Assembly (NCBI GenBank): GCA_045615765.1
Contig: JAZLFM010000047.1
Location: 6,370-70,369, forward strand
Reading direction: 5' to 3'
Length of the DNA stretch: 64,000 nt
Origin: Bacteroidales bacterium
Lineage (GTDB): Bacteria; Bacteroidota; Bacteroidia; Bacteroidales; UBA1715
In this document: positions 8,651 through 19,220 of the stretch, piece after piece
Layout of the letters: the number at the start of each line of letters is the position of its first letter
Numbering within the stretch: the stretch's first letter is position 1
Notes under the pieces: generated by a model
Told to the model about the DNA's origin: nothing
The model's input: only the letters and a program-made list of their open reading frames with translations
Database searches by the model: none
Position numbers and translations under genes: made by a program

Positions 8651-9112
8651 ATGGCAAATACATTTACACAAATTCACATTCATATTGTTTTTGCTGTGCA
8701 AAATCGACAATCTTTAATTTTAGAAAATTGGGAATTTCGCCTACACAAATATATAACAGCAATTATTCAGGCAAAAGGTCATAAAGTTCTCGCAATTGGG
8801 GGTATGCCTGACCATATACACATTCTTATTGGTTGGAGACCTGAATATGCTATTTCCGATTTAATAAGAAAGGTAAAATCGGAAAGCTCTAAATGGATTA
8901 ATGAAAACAAATTTGTTTTAGGAAAGTTTTCTTGGCAGGAAGGATATGGTGCATTTTCTTATAGTAAGTCGCAAGTTCCTCGCGTTATAAAATATATCTT
9001 GCAACAAAAATTGCATCACAAAAGCAAAACATTTATAGATGAATACAAGAAAATTTTAACAGAATTGGGTATTCAATTTGATGAAAGATATTTGTTTCAT
9101 AATATAGAATAG
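8651..9112 (+). CDS. REP-associated tyrosine transposase (RAYT, IS200/IS605 Y1 HUH family), copy 1
   Basis: HUH motif DHIHILIG and the C-terminal YILQQKLHH Tyr motif. Flanked by inverted REP halves. The ORF-track start at 8579 lies inside the REP, so Met at 8651 (MANTFTQIHIH) is preferred. Confidence 0.8.
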   Translation: MANTFTQIHIHIVFAVQNRQSLILENWEFRLHKYITAIIQAKGHKVLAIGGMPDHIHILIGWRPEYAISDLIRKVKSESSKWINENKFVLGKFSWQEGYGAFSYSKSQVPRVIKYILQQKLHHKSKTFIDEYKKILTELGIQFDERYLFHNIE

Positions 9113-9267
9113 CTGCATACCTACGGCACGCGAACATAGCATTATCAGTTATGTTTTACCAAGACATTGCTCCTACGGAGCATATGGTTTCAATGGTATT
9201 TATAAAAGTTCTGTTTGTACATTTCTGATTATTGCAAAATTCCCCAACGGGGTTCTGCGTTTTTTTA
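9113..9267. repeat. REP family-1 forward half plus conserved middle segment and hairpin
   Basis: gctgcatacctacggcacgc...gctcctacggagc is followed by a segment homologous to 837-910, ending in ggggttctgcgttttttt. Confidence 0.8.
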
Positions 9268-10386
9268 TAGTAAAACCTCGTAATAATTTTCGGGAGTTAC
9301 TGTAACGATTTCTGTATTAGGATACGCGTTTAGAAATGTTTTGGAAATCTTTGCTTTTTTCTTTGGATTCCATTTAAATTCGTATGCTATTAATTTGCCG
9401 TCTTTGTCTTCTATATAGTCAATTTCTTGTTGTTGGGTGGTTCTCCAAAAGTAAGATAGTGCATAGCTGCCAGAATATTCTTTCTTTTTCTTTAACTCGC
9501 TAATCATATAGTTTTCCCATAGTTTTCCTTGGTCATCACGAAGTTCTATGTCATTGAAGTTGCCAATTAAAGCATTACGAATACCATTGTCGTAGAAATA
9601 TATTTTCTTGCTCATCTTTAATTCGTTGCGAAGATTTCTGCTAAATGAGCCTAATCGAAAAATAATCTGAATTTGCTCTAACAATGTTATGTATTTTTCA
9701 ACAGTTGCTTTATCCATGCTGATGGTATTAGCTAATTCTGTGTAGGAAACTTCGCTTCCCACTTGATATGCCAATGCCTGTAATAGTTTTACAAGTTTGT
9801 CAGGATGTTTTATTCTTTCCCATTCCAGGATGTCTTTATAGAGATAACTATTGGTTAGTTGCGACAAAATCGCTTTTTCATTACCTTTATTGTTTACAAC
9901 ATCAGGATAACAGCCATAAACTAATCGAAGAGGTAAATTTCTTATTTCCTCCAGCGTACCAAAATGTTGTTGCAATTCAGAAAAAGAAAAAGGATACAAC
10001 TGATATTCCCATTTCCTTCCGGTTAATGGCTCGTTTATTCGATTGGAAAGTTCAAATGCTGAGCTTCCTGTAATGAGCAATTGAACATTTGGTAAGTTGT
10101 CCGTTATCAGTTTCATTTGCAGCCCAATATTTTCAACTCGTTGGGCTTCGTCAACAACTATCAGATCGCAATTTCCAAACAACGATGGTAGTTTATTGAT
10201 AGTAAGATTTGAAATTAAGTTTCTTACTATTATGTCATCGGCGTCTAACCATTGGACGTTTTTCCCGTCTTTTGACAATTCTTTTAACAATGTAGTTTTT
10301 CCTGTTTGGCGTGCACCAATAAGAACAATAGCCTTGCCAGAGTTCATCAAGCTTCTTAATATGGGCAATAGTTGTCTTTGAATCAT
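9265..10386 (-). CDS. AAA-family ATPase with DUF4143-type C-terminal domain
   Basis: Walker A GARQTGKTT and Walker B LIVVDEAQ. The length and C-terminal EIDYI...EFKW pattern are typical of the AAA_14/DUF4143 family. Confidence 0.7.
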   Translation of the reverse strand: MIQRQLLPILRSLMNSGKAIVLIGARQTGKTTLLKELSKDGKNVQWLDADDIIVRNLISNLTINKLPSLFGNCDLIVVDEAQRVENIGLQMKLITDNLPNVQLLITGSSAFELSNRINEPLTGRKWEYQLYPFSFSELQQHFGTLEEIRNLPLRLVYGCYPDVVNNKGNEKAILSQLTNSYLYKDILEWERIKHPDKLVKLLQALAYQVGSEVSYTELANTISMDKATVEKYITLLEQIQIIFRLGSFSRNLRNELKMSKKIYFYDNGIRNALIGNFNDIELRDDQGKLWENYMISELKKKKEYSGSYALSYFWRTTQQQEIDYIEDKDGKLIAYEFKWNPKKKAKISKTFLNAYPNTEIVTVTPENYYEVLL

Positions 10387-10521
10387 ATTCAGCTTCTTTT
10401 AAAGCAAAGATAAAAAAATAATATTTCAACGAGTTAATTCTCCGAAAATTATAATATTCGGGGAATTGATTCTCCGAATGTTGCAAATTTACCAATTGTC
10501 TGCCCCAAATGACAAAGTCAA

Positions 10522-10595
10522 GCTGCGTACCTACGGCACGCAAACATAGCGTTATTATTTATGTTTTACCAAGACACTGCTCCTACGGAGCACAT
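10522..10595. repeat. REP family-1 forward half (solo)
   Basis: gctgcgtacctacggcacgc...atgttttaccaagacactgctcctacggagcacatag, nearly identical to 9113-9185. Confidence 0.8.
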
Positions 10596-10719
10596 AGTTT
10601 TTTTACACCCAAAAGATAACAAGAAAACCTGTTGGCTTCGTGATTCCAAAAGACAAAAACCAATAAACACTTTATTGCAGGAAAAATTCTATATTTGTAC
10701 GATTTTAATTCTAACAGTT

Positions 10720-11277
10720 ATGATAAAACCTATTATCGCTTACGGAAATCCTGTTTTACGAAAAGTTGCCGAAGACATCGACAAGACATATCCAGAAATT
10801 CAAACACTTATAGATGACATGTTTGAAACCATGTATGCGTCAGATGGCGTTGGTTTAGCTGCACCACAAATTGGGTTGTCGATTCGTTTATTTGTAATCG
10901 ATGCAGAAGCTTTTGTAGAAGATTACCCTGAAGCGAAAGGTTTCAAAAAAGCATTCATCAACCCACATGTAATTGAAACCAGTGGCGAAGAATGGCTTTT
11001 TAACGAAGGTTGTCTTAGCTTCCCTGGCATACACGAAGATGTTTCGCGCCAAGCTAATGTAACTATCTCGTACCTTGACGAAAACTTTGTTGAACATACC
11101 GAAACATTCTCTGGCATTTGTGCCCGCGTTGTTCAACACGAATACGACCACCTTGACGGCAAATGTTTTATCGACCATCTTAGTCCATTGAAACGCCGTA
11201 TGTTACAAAGAAGACTAAACGCTATTGCAGAAGGAAAAGTTCACCCAAAATACAAAATCAAATTTTTTAAAAAGTAG
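10720..11277 (+). CDS. def: peptide deformylase
   Basis: GVGLAAPQIG, EGCLSFPG and HEYDHLDG motifs. The start is moved to MIKPIIAYG because the upstream part of the ORF is REP sequence. Confidence 0.9.
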   Translation: MIKPIIAYGNPVLRKVAEDIDKTYPEIQTLIDDMFETMYASDGVGLAAPQIGLSIRLFVIDAEAFVEDYPEAKGFKKAFINPHVIETSGEEWLFNEGCLSFPGIHEDVSRQANVTISYLDENFVEHTETFSGICARVVQHEYDHLDGKCFIDHLSPLKRRMLQRRLNAIAEGKVHPKYKIKFFKK

Positions 11278-11287
11278 AGAAGACTAA

Positions 11288-12808
11288 ATGACATATTTGC
11301 TTGAGTTCTTGTCAAGTGCACGCAACACCATATTGACAAGAAACCCATGTGTTTGCATTACCATAGCATTCATTTGTGGAATAATTGGATATAGCATATA
11401 TCCACCTATGACAACTAAATCCACGCTGATAGGAATGATTTGCCTTTCTGCGCTTGCTTGTATTTGCCTATCACGAATCTTTAATTCTTGTCGAATACCG
11501 ATATTATTTCTTTGGTTTGTAATTGCCGGATATGCAACATCAGGATTGAAAAATTTACAATATGGGCAACTGCCTCAAGGAGATATTATTTATGCCACAA
11601 TAACCTCATCTTTAGAAGAAAAACCGAAATCATATAAAGCTACAATTCAAACGACAGAAGACACTCCATGTAAATCAATTGTTTACTTCAAAAAAGACAG
11701 TCTTTCTAGACATCTTTCTTGTGGTGATATTGTGCAAATAAAAGCACAGTTTAATTATATTGAAAACCAAGAAAATGCAACATTTGACTTCAAGCAATTC
11801 TTTAGTTTACAATACATCTATTCACAAGCGTATGTTTCAGAATGGCAAAAAGTAGGGGAAGAAACTAGCATTTCATCGGTTTGTATTGCACTGCGAGACA
11901 AAGCACTACACACACTACAAGAACTCGGTCTTTCCGATGAAAACCTACAACTTATAGCTGCACTTGCTTTTGGCGACAAGTCTCTCCTTGATGAAGAAAC
12001 AAAATACAATTTCTCAACTGCTGGAGCCATGCATGTTCTTGCAGTTTCCGGGCTACATGTAGGAATAATTAACGGTATATTATTTTTCTTGTTTTCGTTT
12101 ATTCGAAATAAAAAAATGCAATGGATAAAAATCATTTTATGCATTAGTGGGATTTGGGGATATGCCTGTCTAACTGGCATGAGTCCATCTGTACAACGAG
12201 CGTCCATCATGTGTTCCATGGTCTCTATTGCACTACTATTACAAAGGCGTACCAGTACCTACAACACATTGGCCGCAGCTGCATTTTTTTCGTTGTTGAT
12301 TTCTCCCAACGATATCTTTTCTGTAAGTTTCCAACTCTCGTATGCGGCTGTAATCAGTATCGTTTACTTTGGTCAAAAGATTCAGCATTTACACACGCCA
12401 ACAACACCAATTGGTAATTATCTTTGGGGAATAATTGCCGTATCTATTGCTGTGCAAATTGGCACCATGCCAATAACGCTTTACTATTTCGGGACCATAC
12501 CAACATACAGTTTACTGACAAACATAATAGTTATACCACTCGCATTTGTCATACTAATGTGCGTCATTCTTTCGTTAACAATATGCTGGCTACCTGTTGC
12601 TGCAAAAACAATTGTCTCTATACTAAATTTCACAACAGATTATATGCGTGACTGTATGTACGACATCACGACTTTCCCATATGCAAATATACAACTACAA
12701 ATAACTAATAATCACCTATGTTGTCTATATATACTTATAGCAATACTTATACTTGTAATTGAATACAATAAACGATTACAAATTCAAAAAGATTTGCTCA
12801 GGCTTTGA
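11288..12808 (+). CDS. ComEC/Rec2-family membrane protein (no metallo-beta-lactamase domain)
   Basis: Polytopic membrane protein with the competence-domain signature FSTAGAMHVLAVSGLHVGI. Confidence 0.75.
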   Translation: MTYLLEFLSSARNTILTRNPCVCITIAFICGIIGYSIYPPMTTKSTLIGMICLSALACICLSRIFNSCRIPILFLWFVIAGYATSGLKNLQYGQLPQGDIIYATITSSLEEKPKSYKATIQTTEDTPCKSIVYFKKDSLSRHLSCGDIVQIKAQFNYIENQENATFDFKQFFSLQYIYSQAYVSEWQKVGEETSISSVCIALRDKALHTLQELGLSDENLQLIAALAFGDKSLLDEETKYNFSTAGAMHVLAVSGLHVGIINGILFFLFSFIRNKKMQWIKIILCISGIWGYACLTGMSPSVQRASIMCSMVSIALLLQRRTSTYNTLAAAAFFSLLISPNDIFSVSFQLSYAAVISIVYFGQKIQHLHTPTTPIGNYLWGIIAVSIAVQIGTMPITLYYFGTIPTYSLLTNIIVIPLAFVILMCVILSLTICWLPVAAKTIVSILNFTTDYMRDCMYDITTFPYANIQLQITNNHLCCLYILIAILILVIEYNKRLQIQKDLLRL

Positions 12809-13621
12809 CGAAATTATTCCCTGTTTGAATGCATTATCATACAAAGTTTCTATAGCCTGCATTCCCTGTTCTCCTAAACTCAAACTAAAATCATTGACAA
12901 ACAAAGCGATATGTTTCTTTAGGACATCATCTTCTATTGCTTGAGCATATTCATGAATAAACGAATTAGATTCTTGTGGATGAGCATTTGCATACTCAAT
13001 ACTTTCACGAAGTAATTGATTTATAGTCAGTTTCAAATCTTCGGGCACATCACGACGTATAGTTATCGCACCAAGAGGTATCGGAGTATGAGTTTTTTCT
13101 TCCCAGAAATTTCCTAAATCCCGAAGTTTAGCAAAGCCTCGCTCTGCATACGTAAATCGATTTTCATGTATAATAACGCCTGCATCTGCCTCACCGCTCA
13201 TAATCTTAGACTCTATTTCCGAAAATAGGCATTCCTGTTTGTTCGTATATTCCGGATAAGCCATAGAAAATAACAAATTCGCTGTAGTTTCCCTGCCAGG
13301 AACTAAAATACGAGACGAAGGATGTATGTTTTGTTCATTACCTTTTTTACAGATAAACAAAGGACCGTTTGCAAAACCAAGTGCACTACCAGCGTCAAGA
13401 ATTTGATAGTTCTTATAAACTTGTGCATAGGCGAAATAACTCAATTTTGTCATTTGCAAGTCACCAATAAACGCACGGCGGTTCAATTCCTGCACATCGG
13501 CAACAACAACTTTAAAATCAATACCTTTCGTATCAATTTTCTTATGCACCAACGCATCAAATGTATATGTATCGTTGGGACAAGACGAGAATCCTAATGT
13601 TATTTCCATTGCATAATACAA
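12776..13621 (-). CDS. mqnD: MqnA/MqnD-family protein, likely 1,4-dihydroxy-6-naphthoate synthase (futalosine pathway)
   Basis: N-terminal LGFSSCPNDTYTFDALVH and an overall periplasmic-binding-fold pattern typical of MqnD. The start may be 13609. Confidence 0.55.
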   Translation of the reverse strand: MYYAMEITLGFSSCPNDTYTFDALVHKKIDTKGIDFKVVVADVQELNRRAFIGDLQMTKLSYFAYAQVYKNYQILDAGSALGFANGPLFICKKGNEQNIHPSSRILVPGRETTANLLFSMAYPEYTNKQECLFSEIESKIMSGEADAGVIIHENRFTYAERGFAKLRDLGNFWEEKTHTPIPLGAITIRRDVPEDLKLTINQLLRESIEYANAHPQESNSFIHEYAQAIEDDVLKKHIALFVNDFSLSLGEQGMQAIETLYDNAFKQGIISSKPEQIFLNL

Positions 13622-15318
13622 ATTATCGCATCGTTCGGTTTAATTGTCAAAGGTAACCCATTTACAAGGACATCTGACATTGCATACGACGACTTTTCTC
13701 CGTTTAACACATTAATTAAAGTCAATTCTCCATCCATCGGAGCATTCATAACTTCAAGCGCATGTTCGCCGATCGTAAGATTGAAAGTCTGTGAATTGTC
13801 AAAATCAAAATTCACGACAACCAACACCTTTTCTTCCTCAGTATGACGTAAATACGCAAAAATCTTATCGTTGTTTAAGTTACCTTGATTTTTCCACATA
13901 AGGTCATAGAATTGACCATGAGAGAACGTAGGATACTTAATTCGCGCATTTAACAAACCAGAATAAAATTCGCGAAGTGATTTTTGTTTTTCAGACAATT
14001 TTCCACCGTCAAATTTGCCGCCATTCACCCATTTGTTAAACTCTGGAAGACTCCAATAGTCAAAAATTGTCGTTCGGCCATCAACACCACTAAAGCCTTC
14101 TTTATCCATGCCTCGTTCACCAATTTCCTGACCGAAATATATCATAAGCGGACCTGCATTCAAAGTAGCCGTAAGAACCATCGCAGCCTTTGCTCTATCG
14201 CCATCGCCAGCGAAATAATCAGAAGCAATACGCTGTTCATCATGATTTTCCAAGAAACGCAATAATTTTCCCGCGAAATTTTCGGTACGCTTCCAATAGT
14301 CAGAAATAAATCGTGCAGAACTATGTCCTTCAATAATAAGACGCATGGTGTCGTATAAACCAACTTTATCGTACAAATAATCGAAATGGCCGATATTCAA
14401 ATAGTTCCAATAGGCATCAGGATTATAAATCTCCGCGATGAAAATAATATTTGGATTAATTTTCTTGATTTGTGGAATAACCCAACCCCAAAACTGAACA
14501 GGAACCATTTCTGCCATATCGCAGCGGAAGCCATCGACATTTTTCCCTGCCCAAAACGTCAAAATTTCACACATACGAATCCACGTATCTGGAATTTGAT
14601 CAAAATGCGTCTGCCAACAATTTTGATAATCAATTCCATAATTCAATTTTATGGTTTCATACCAGTCATTTTTCCCAGGATACGAAGAGAACACATCATT
14701 ACCCGTCACGCGAGCTGGATATTCATGATAAATTTCCGCATTTTCATTATAAGGGAAACTCACATCATTTGGCAAATGCAATTCTTCGTTCGGAATATAG
14801 TAGAAGTTATTGTTTGGAGAGAACGCCACATCAACATCATCATAACCGCCAAGCGTTGGAGCATACGAATAAGGACTATCAGACTTATATTCACGAGACA
14901 CATGATTTGGAACAAAGTCCATAATACATTTCAAGCCATTATTGTGAGTACGCTCGATTAATTGCTCATATTCTTGCATACGATTTTTCACATTCGTAGC
15001 CAAATCCGGATCAACATCATAATAATCCTTTATAGCATACGGCGAACCTGCACGACCTTTCACTACACGAGGGTTATCGACAGACAAGCCATACTTTGAA
15101 TAATTCGTACACGACGCATGGCGAATCACACCTGTGTACCAAACATGAGTCACACCTAATTTTTTAATTTCTTGCAAAGCAGTGTCGGTTATGTCGTTGA
15201 ATTTCGAACAACCATTTTCTTGCATCGTACCGAACTCTTTGTTCGTTTCATTCGCATTCGCAAAAAGACGCGTAAAAATCTGGTAGATATTTATTGTTTC
15301 ACCCATTTCTATAAGCAT
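13600..15318 (-). CDS. GH13 alpha-amylase-family glycosidase
   Basis: Conserved GH13 regions: DFVPNH, DGFRCDMAEMVP, FIAEIY, FLENHDEQR. Confidence 0.85.
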   Translation of the reverse strand: MLIEMGETINIYQIFTRLFANANETNKEFGTMQENGCSKFNDITDTALQEIKKLGVTHVWYTGVIRHASCTNYSKYGLSVDNPRVVKGRAGSPYAIKDYYDVDPDLATNVKNRMQEYEQLIERTHNNGLKCIMDFVPNHVSREYKSDSPYSYAPTLGGYDDVDVAFSPNNNFYYIPNEELHLPNDVSFPYNENAEIYHEYPARVTGNDVFSSYPGKNDWYETIKLNYGIDYQNCWQTHFDQIPDTWIRMCEILTFWAGKNVDGFRCDMAEMVPVQFWGWVIPQIKKINPNIIFIAEIYNPDAYWNYLNIGHFDYLYDKVGLYDTMRLIIEGHSSARFISDYWKRTENFAGKLLRFLENHDEQRIASDYFAGDGDRAKAAMVLTATLNAGPLMIYFGQEIGERGMDKEGFSGVDGRTTIFDYWSLPEFNKWVNGGKFDGGKLSEKQKSLREFYSGLLNARIKYPTFSHGQFYDLMWKNQGNLNNDKIFAYLRHTEEEKVLVVVNFDFDNSQTFNLTIGEHALEVMNAPMDGELTLINVLNGEKSSYAMSDVLVNGLPLTIKPNDAIICIMQWK

Positions 15319-15400
15319 TTCGCCAAAAGTAACCTTTTTTATGTTTCATTGAAATTCTTTGTGATATAATTATTATTTTTGCATTGATAGTTTTACTTCG

Positions 15401-16123
15401 ATGAAGGCATTATTTCAAAAAGAGTTAGCAAGTTTTTTCAGTTCACTCATAGGCTACTTGGTTGTCATTGTTTTTTTGTTGGCGACAGGACTTTCCCTAT
15501 TCGTGTTCGACAGTCAATTCAACGTATTGAATTCCGGCTATGCAAACATTGACGGATTGTTTATTTTGGCGCCATGGATTTTCCTATTTCTCATTCCTGC
15601 CATAGCAATGCGTTTCTTTTGCGAGGAGTCAAAAACAGGAACAATAGAATTATTGCTCACAATGCCTATTTCCGACATTGCTATCGTGTTAGGAAAATAT
15701 CTTGCCGGAATCGCTTTATTATTTTTCGCATTAATTCCGACATTATTCTACTTCTTTACCGCGTATGCGCTTGGAAGCCCAGTAGGAAACATTGATATGG
15801 GAGCAACCATTGGCGCATACATTGGACTATTCCTACTTGGCGGTGTATATTTAGCAATAGGAACATTTGTTTCATCGCTTACCGACAATCAAATTGTCGC
15901 ATTTATCATAACAGCAGTTGCTTGTTTTATTTTCTTTATAGGATTTGACTTTGTGGCCGACCTGCTTCCACAACTATCATTTCTAACAAATTTGGGAATT
16001 AACGAGCACTACAACTCCATAAGCAGAGGCGTCATCGACACAAGAGACTGTATTTATTTCGCTGTCGTTATCGTGTTATTCCTATATTTCACAACAATAT
16101 CAATTGCTAAAAAACGAAAATAA
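15401..16123 (+). CDS. gldF: ABC-2 type permease, GldF-like
   Basis: 240-aa six-TM ABC-2 permease directly upstream of, and overlapping, a GldG-like gene. Confidence 0.7.
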   Translation: MKALFQKELASFFSSLIGYLVVIVFLLATGLSLFVFDSQFNVLNSGYANIDGLFILAPWIFLFLIPAIAMRFFCEESKTGTIELLLTMPISDIAIVLGKYLAGIALLFFALIPTLFYFFTAYALGSPVGNIDMGATIGAYIGLFLLGGVYLAIGTFVSSLTDNQIVAFIITAVACFIFFIGFDFVADLLPQLSFLTNLGINEHYNSISRGVIDTRDCIYFAVVIVLFLYFTTISIAKKRK

Positions 16124-17853
16124 TGGCTACATCTACTCAAAAAACATTGATTCGATCTGCCATAGCAATTGTGGCAGGATTGCTCATTCTAACAATCAGC
16201 GGACTTATACACTTCCGTCTTGACTTAACTGAAGAAGGACGATACACACTTACACAAACAACTAAGAAAACGCTTCAAAATCTTGACGACACCATTCGCG
16301 TTACAGTATATTTAGAAGGCGACCTGCCAATGTCGTTCGTGAAAATGCAACGCGAGGTTTCCGACTTGTTAAATGAATTCCAACAAATTGCGGGGAAACA
16401 AAAATTTTTAATAAAATTTATTGATCCACAAACGATTGGCGATCCTAAAAGCTACAAGCATACTTTACAACGCCTACACGAGTCATACGGTTTGTCTCCT
16501 TACACTATTCAAGAAGAAGATGAAACAGGCAAAATGATTCAACGCTATGTTGTGCCGGGTATGATAGTGTCAACATCACAGAAATTTGTGACCGTAAACT
16601 TATTAAGCAACGCTCTTGGAAATTCACCTGAAGAACAAATCAACGAAGCTCTCAAAAATCTTGAATATCAATGTGTAAAAGCAATTGCACAACTTACGGC
16701 TAAAACGAGAAAGAATGTAGCTTTTCTTGTCGGTCACGGAGAACTTCCATTAGTAAATTGTTATAGCGCAACACTATCCTTATTGGATTTATACAATGTT
16801 GACCGAGTTTCGTCACAACAATTGTTGGACTCTATTCAAAAGTATGACGCTGTTATTGTGGCAGAGCCAACAAAAGCGTTTTCTGAGCAAGACAAATATA
16901 TTCTTGACCAATACATTATGCACAATGGCAATGTGCTATTCCTAACCGACAACATTGCTGTCAACATAGATTCACTCAAGACAAGTTCATACACTTTTGC
17001 GTTGCCAAAAGATTTGAACCTATCTGACTTATTGTTCAACTTAGGAGTACGAGTAAATCCAACTATTTTATTGGATAACCAATGTGCTAAAATTCCTATG
17101 AATGTAGCGCCATACGGCGAGCAAGCGCGTTTTGCTCCTGTTCCTTGGTTCTATTATCCACTACTTAAGCCAGCTAAAGAGCCACACATAATCACAAAAA
17201 ACATTGATGTGGTAAAAGCTGAATTTGCAAGTACTATCGATACATTGGAAGGAAATGGAGAATGTAAAAAAACTGTCTTACTTACATCTTCTGCTTACGC
17301 GCGAGTTCTTAACGCACCAAACACTGTAGGATTCCAAATCTTACAGAACGAACCAAACAAAGACTTTTTCAACAAATACTATGTGCCAACTGCTGTTCTT
17401 ATCGAAGGACAATGCAATTCATTGTATCAAACACGAAAATCGCCACTAGAACAAGAAGCAAAATCATTTACAAGAAAGAATCAATCCGACAGTAGCCGTA
17501 TCATTGTCGTTTCCGATGGCGACATTATTCGTAACGAAATAGAAGTAACAAACAACGACACTGTTCCAAAGCCATTGTATTTCTATAAATATTTCTCTTT
17601 CGACAAACGAGCATATACTGGCAATGCCGATTTCTTCACCAACGCTATCAACTATCTCTGCGGAGATGAAGACTTGCTTTCTGTTCGTTCACGAGAAATT
17701 ACAATCCGACTACTTAACAAGAACCGTATAATTGAAGAAAAAACATATTGGCAGATTTTCAACATCGCATTGCCAATACTTCTCATTTCATTACTTGGCG
17801 TTGTAATTTTCTTTGTTAGAAGATATAAATACTCTCAAAAATATGTTGGCTAA
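16123..17853 (+). CDS. gldG: GldG-family ABC transporter auxiliary protein
   Basis: 576 aa with N- and C-terminal TM anchors and a large extracytoplasmic domain. It has the conserved pairing with gldF (ATGA overlap). Confidence 0.7.
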   Translation: MATSTQKTLIRSAIAIVAGLLILTISGLIHFRLDLTEEGRYTLTQTTKKTLQNLDDTIRVTVYLEGDLPMSFVKMQREVSDLLNEFQQIAGKQKFLIKFIDPQTIGDPKSYKHTLQRLHESYGLSPYTIQEEDETGKMIQRYVVPGMIVSTSQKFVTVNLLSNALGNSPEEQINEALKNLEYQCVKAIAQLTAKTRKNVAFLVGHGELPLVNCYSATLSLLDLYNVDRVSSQQLLDSIQKYDAVIVAEPTKAFSEQDKYILDQYIMHNGNVLFLTDNIAVNIDSLKTSSYTFALPKDLNLSDLLFNLGVRVNPTILLDNQCAKIPMNVAPYGEQARFAPVPWFYYPLLKPAKEPHIITKNIDVVKAEFASTIDTLEGNGECKKTVLLTSSAYARVLNAPNTVGFQILQNEPNKDFFNKYYVPTAVLIEGQCNSLYQTRKSPLEQEAKSFTRKNQSDSSRIIVVSDGDIIRNEIEVTNNDTVPKPLYFYKYFSFDKRAYTGNADFFTNAINYLCGDEDLLSVRSREITIRLLNKNRIIEEKTYWQIFNIALPILLISLLGVVIFFVRRYKYSQKYVG

Positions 17854-18595
17854 ACGAATCATTCCTTGTCTCGATATAAAAGATGGTCGCACTGTAAAAG
17901 GCATTAACTTTTTAGGATTGCGTGACGCAGGCGACCCGGTAGAACTTGGCGCGATGTACGCGGAACAAGGCGCTGATGAACTTACTTTTTTGGATATCAC
18001 GGCAACAATAGAAAAGCGTGACACATTTGCCGAATTGGTAAAAAAAATAGCATTACATCTTAATATACCATTTACTGTCGGTGGCGGAATAAAATCCGTT
18101 CAAGATGTAGGCGTACTTCTTGCCGCAGGCGCTGACAAAATCACTATAAATTCTGCCGCAGTATATAATCCACAATTGATTACAGACTTAGCGAAAGAAT
18201 TTGGTTCTCAATGTATTGTAGTCGCAATTGACACAAAATTACACGATGATGTTTGGATGGTTCACACTCATGGCGGACATCAAGCAACAGACATTAAAAC
18301 CTTAGACTGGGTACACGAAATTTACGAACGCGGTGCGGGAGAAATTCTGCTCACATCTATGAACCACGATGGTACTAAAGGCGGATTCGCGAACGACATC
18401 ACACGACAAGTTTCAGAAATGGTCGATATTCCTGTAATTGCTTCAGGTGGCGCAGGGACAATGGAACATTTTAAGGATGTTTTCACCGAAGGGAAAGCAG
18501 ACGCAGCATTGGCAGCAAGTATTTTCCACTTCAAGGAAATAGCCATTCCTGACCTAAAAAATTACTTAAGAGCACAAAATATTCCGGTAAGATAA
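17843..18595 (+). CDS. hisF: imidazole glycerol phosphate synthase cyclase subunit HisF
   Basis: [17 protein letters not shown]...[10 protein letters not shown]...GGGI...[15 protein letters not shown]. Confidence 0.95.
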   Translation: MLAKRIIPCLDIKDGRTVKGINFLGLRDAGDPVELGAMYAEQGADELTFLDITATIEKRDTFAELVKKIALHLNIPFTVGGGIKSVQDVGVLLAAGADKITINSAAVYNPQLITDLAKEFGSQCIVVAIDTKLHDDVWMVHTHGGHQATDIKTLDWVHEIYERGAGEILLTSMNHDGTKGGFANDITRQVSEMVDIPVIASGGAGTMEHFKDVFTEGKADAALAASIFHFKEIAIPDLKNYLRAQNIPVR

Positions 18596-18610
18596 AATAG
18601 ACAAATAACA

Positions 18611-19216
18611 ATGGAACTAAATTTTTCTAAATACGCCGATGGTTTAATACCTGCAATTATTCAAGATGCCGATACTCTTGTAGTACTTATGCTTGGTTTT
18701 ATGAATCAAGAGGCTTATGATAAAACTATCAACACTGGCAAGGTAACATTCTACAGTCGTACAAGAAAAACATTGTGGACAAAAGGAGAAACTTCTGGCA
18801 ATTTCCTAAACTTTGTTGATGCCAAAGTTGACTGCGACAATGATACGCTTTTGATTAAAGTTCACCCTATTGGTCCAACTTGCCACACAGGAACAGACAC
18901 TTGTTGGGCAGAAGTAAATCAAAGCGACGTACAATTGCTTCACAATTTGCAAAGTGTCATTGATACGGAATTGAAGGACATGCCGGAAGATTCTGAATTA
19001 GCTAAATTAATTCGCAAAGGTGGCGTAAACAAAATAGCTCAGGAAGTTGGTGAAAACGCTATCGAAACTGTTATACAATCAACCAATGGCAGCGATGAAA
19101 AGCTGATAGAAAAAGGTGCCGATTTGCTATATCATTTTGTCGCTCTTATGTCGGCAAACAACATACGCATTGACGACGTTATTGACAAATTAAAAGAAAC
19201 TCGTCTAAACAAATAA
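18611..19216 (+). CDS. hisIE: bifunctional phosphoribosyl-AMP cyclohydrolase / phosphoribosyl-ATP pyrophosphatase HisIE
   Basis: LIPAIIQD...SRTRKTLWTKGETSGN...CDNDTLL...GPTCHTG, followed by a PRA-PH helical domain. Confidence 0.9.
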   Translation: MELNFSKYADGLIPAIIQDADTLVVLMLGFMNQEAYDKTINTGKVTFYSRTRKTLWTKGETSGNFLNFVDAKVDCDNDTLLIKVHPIGPTCHTGTDTCWAEVNQSDVQLLHNLQSVIDTELKDMPEDSELAKLIRKGGVNKIAQEVGENAIETVIQSTNGSDEKLIEKGADLLYHFVALMSANNIRIDDVIDKLKETRLNK

Positions 19217-19220
19217 CACT

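Noticed and set aside
10561-10719. N-terminal 53-aa extension of the def ORF
   Set aside because: It translates REP family-1 sequence (MFYQDTAPTEH is encoded by the repeat). Canonical deformylase starts at MIKPIIAYG.
14386-14961. 191-aa plus-strand ORF
   Set aside because: It is antisense inside the GH13 amylase gene. It has an I/N/R-rich composition and no motif.
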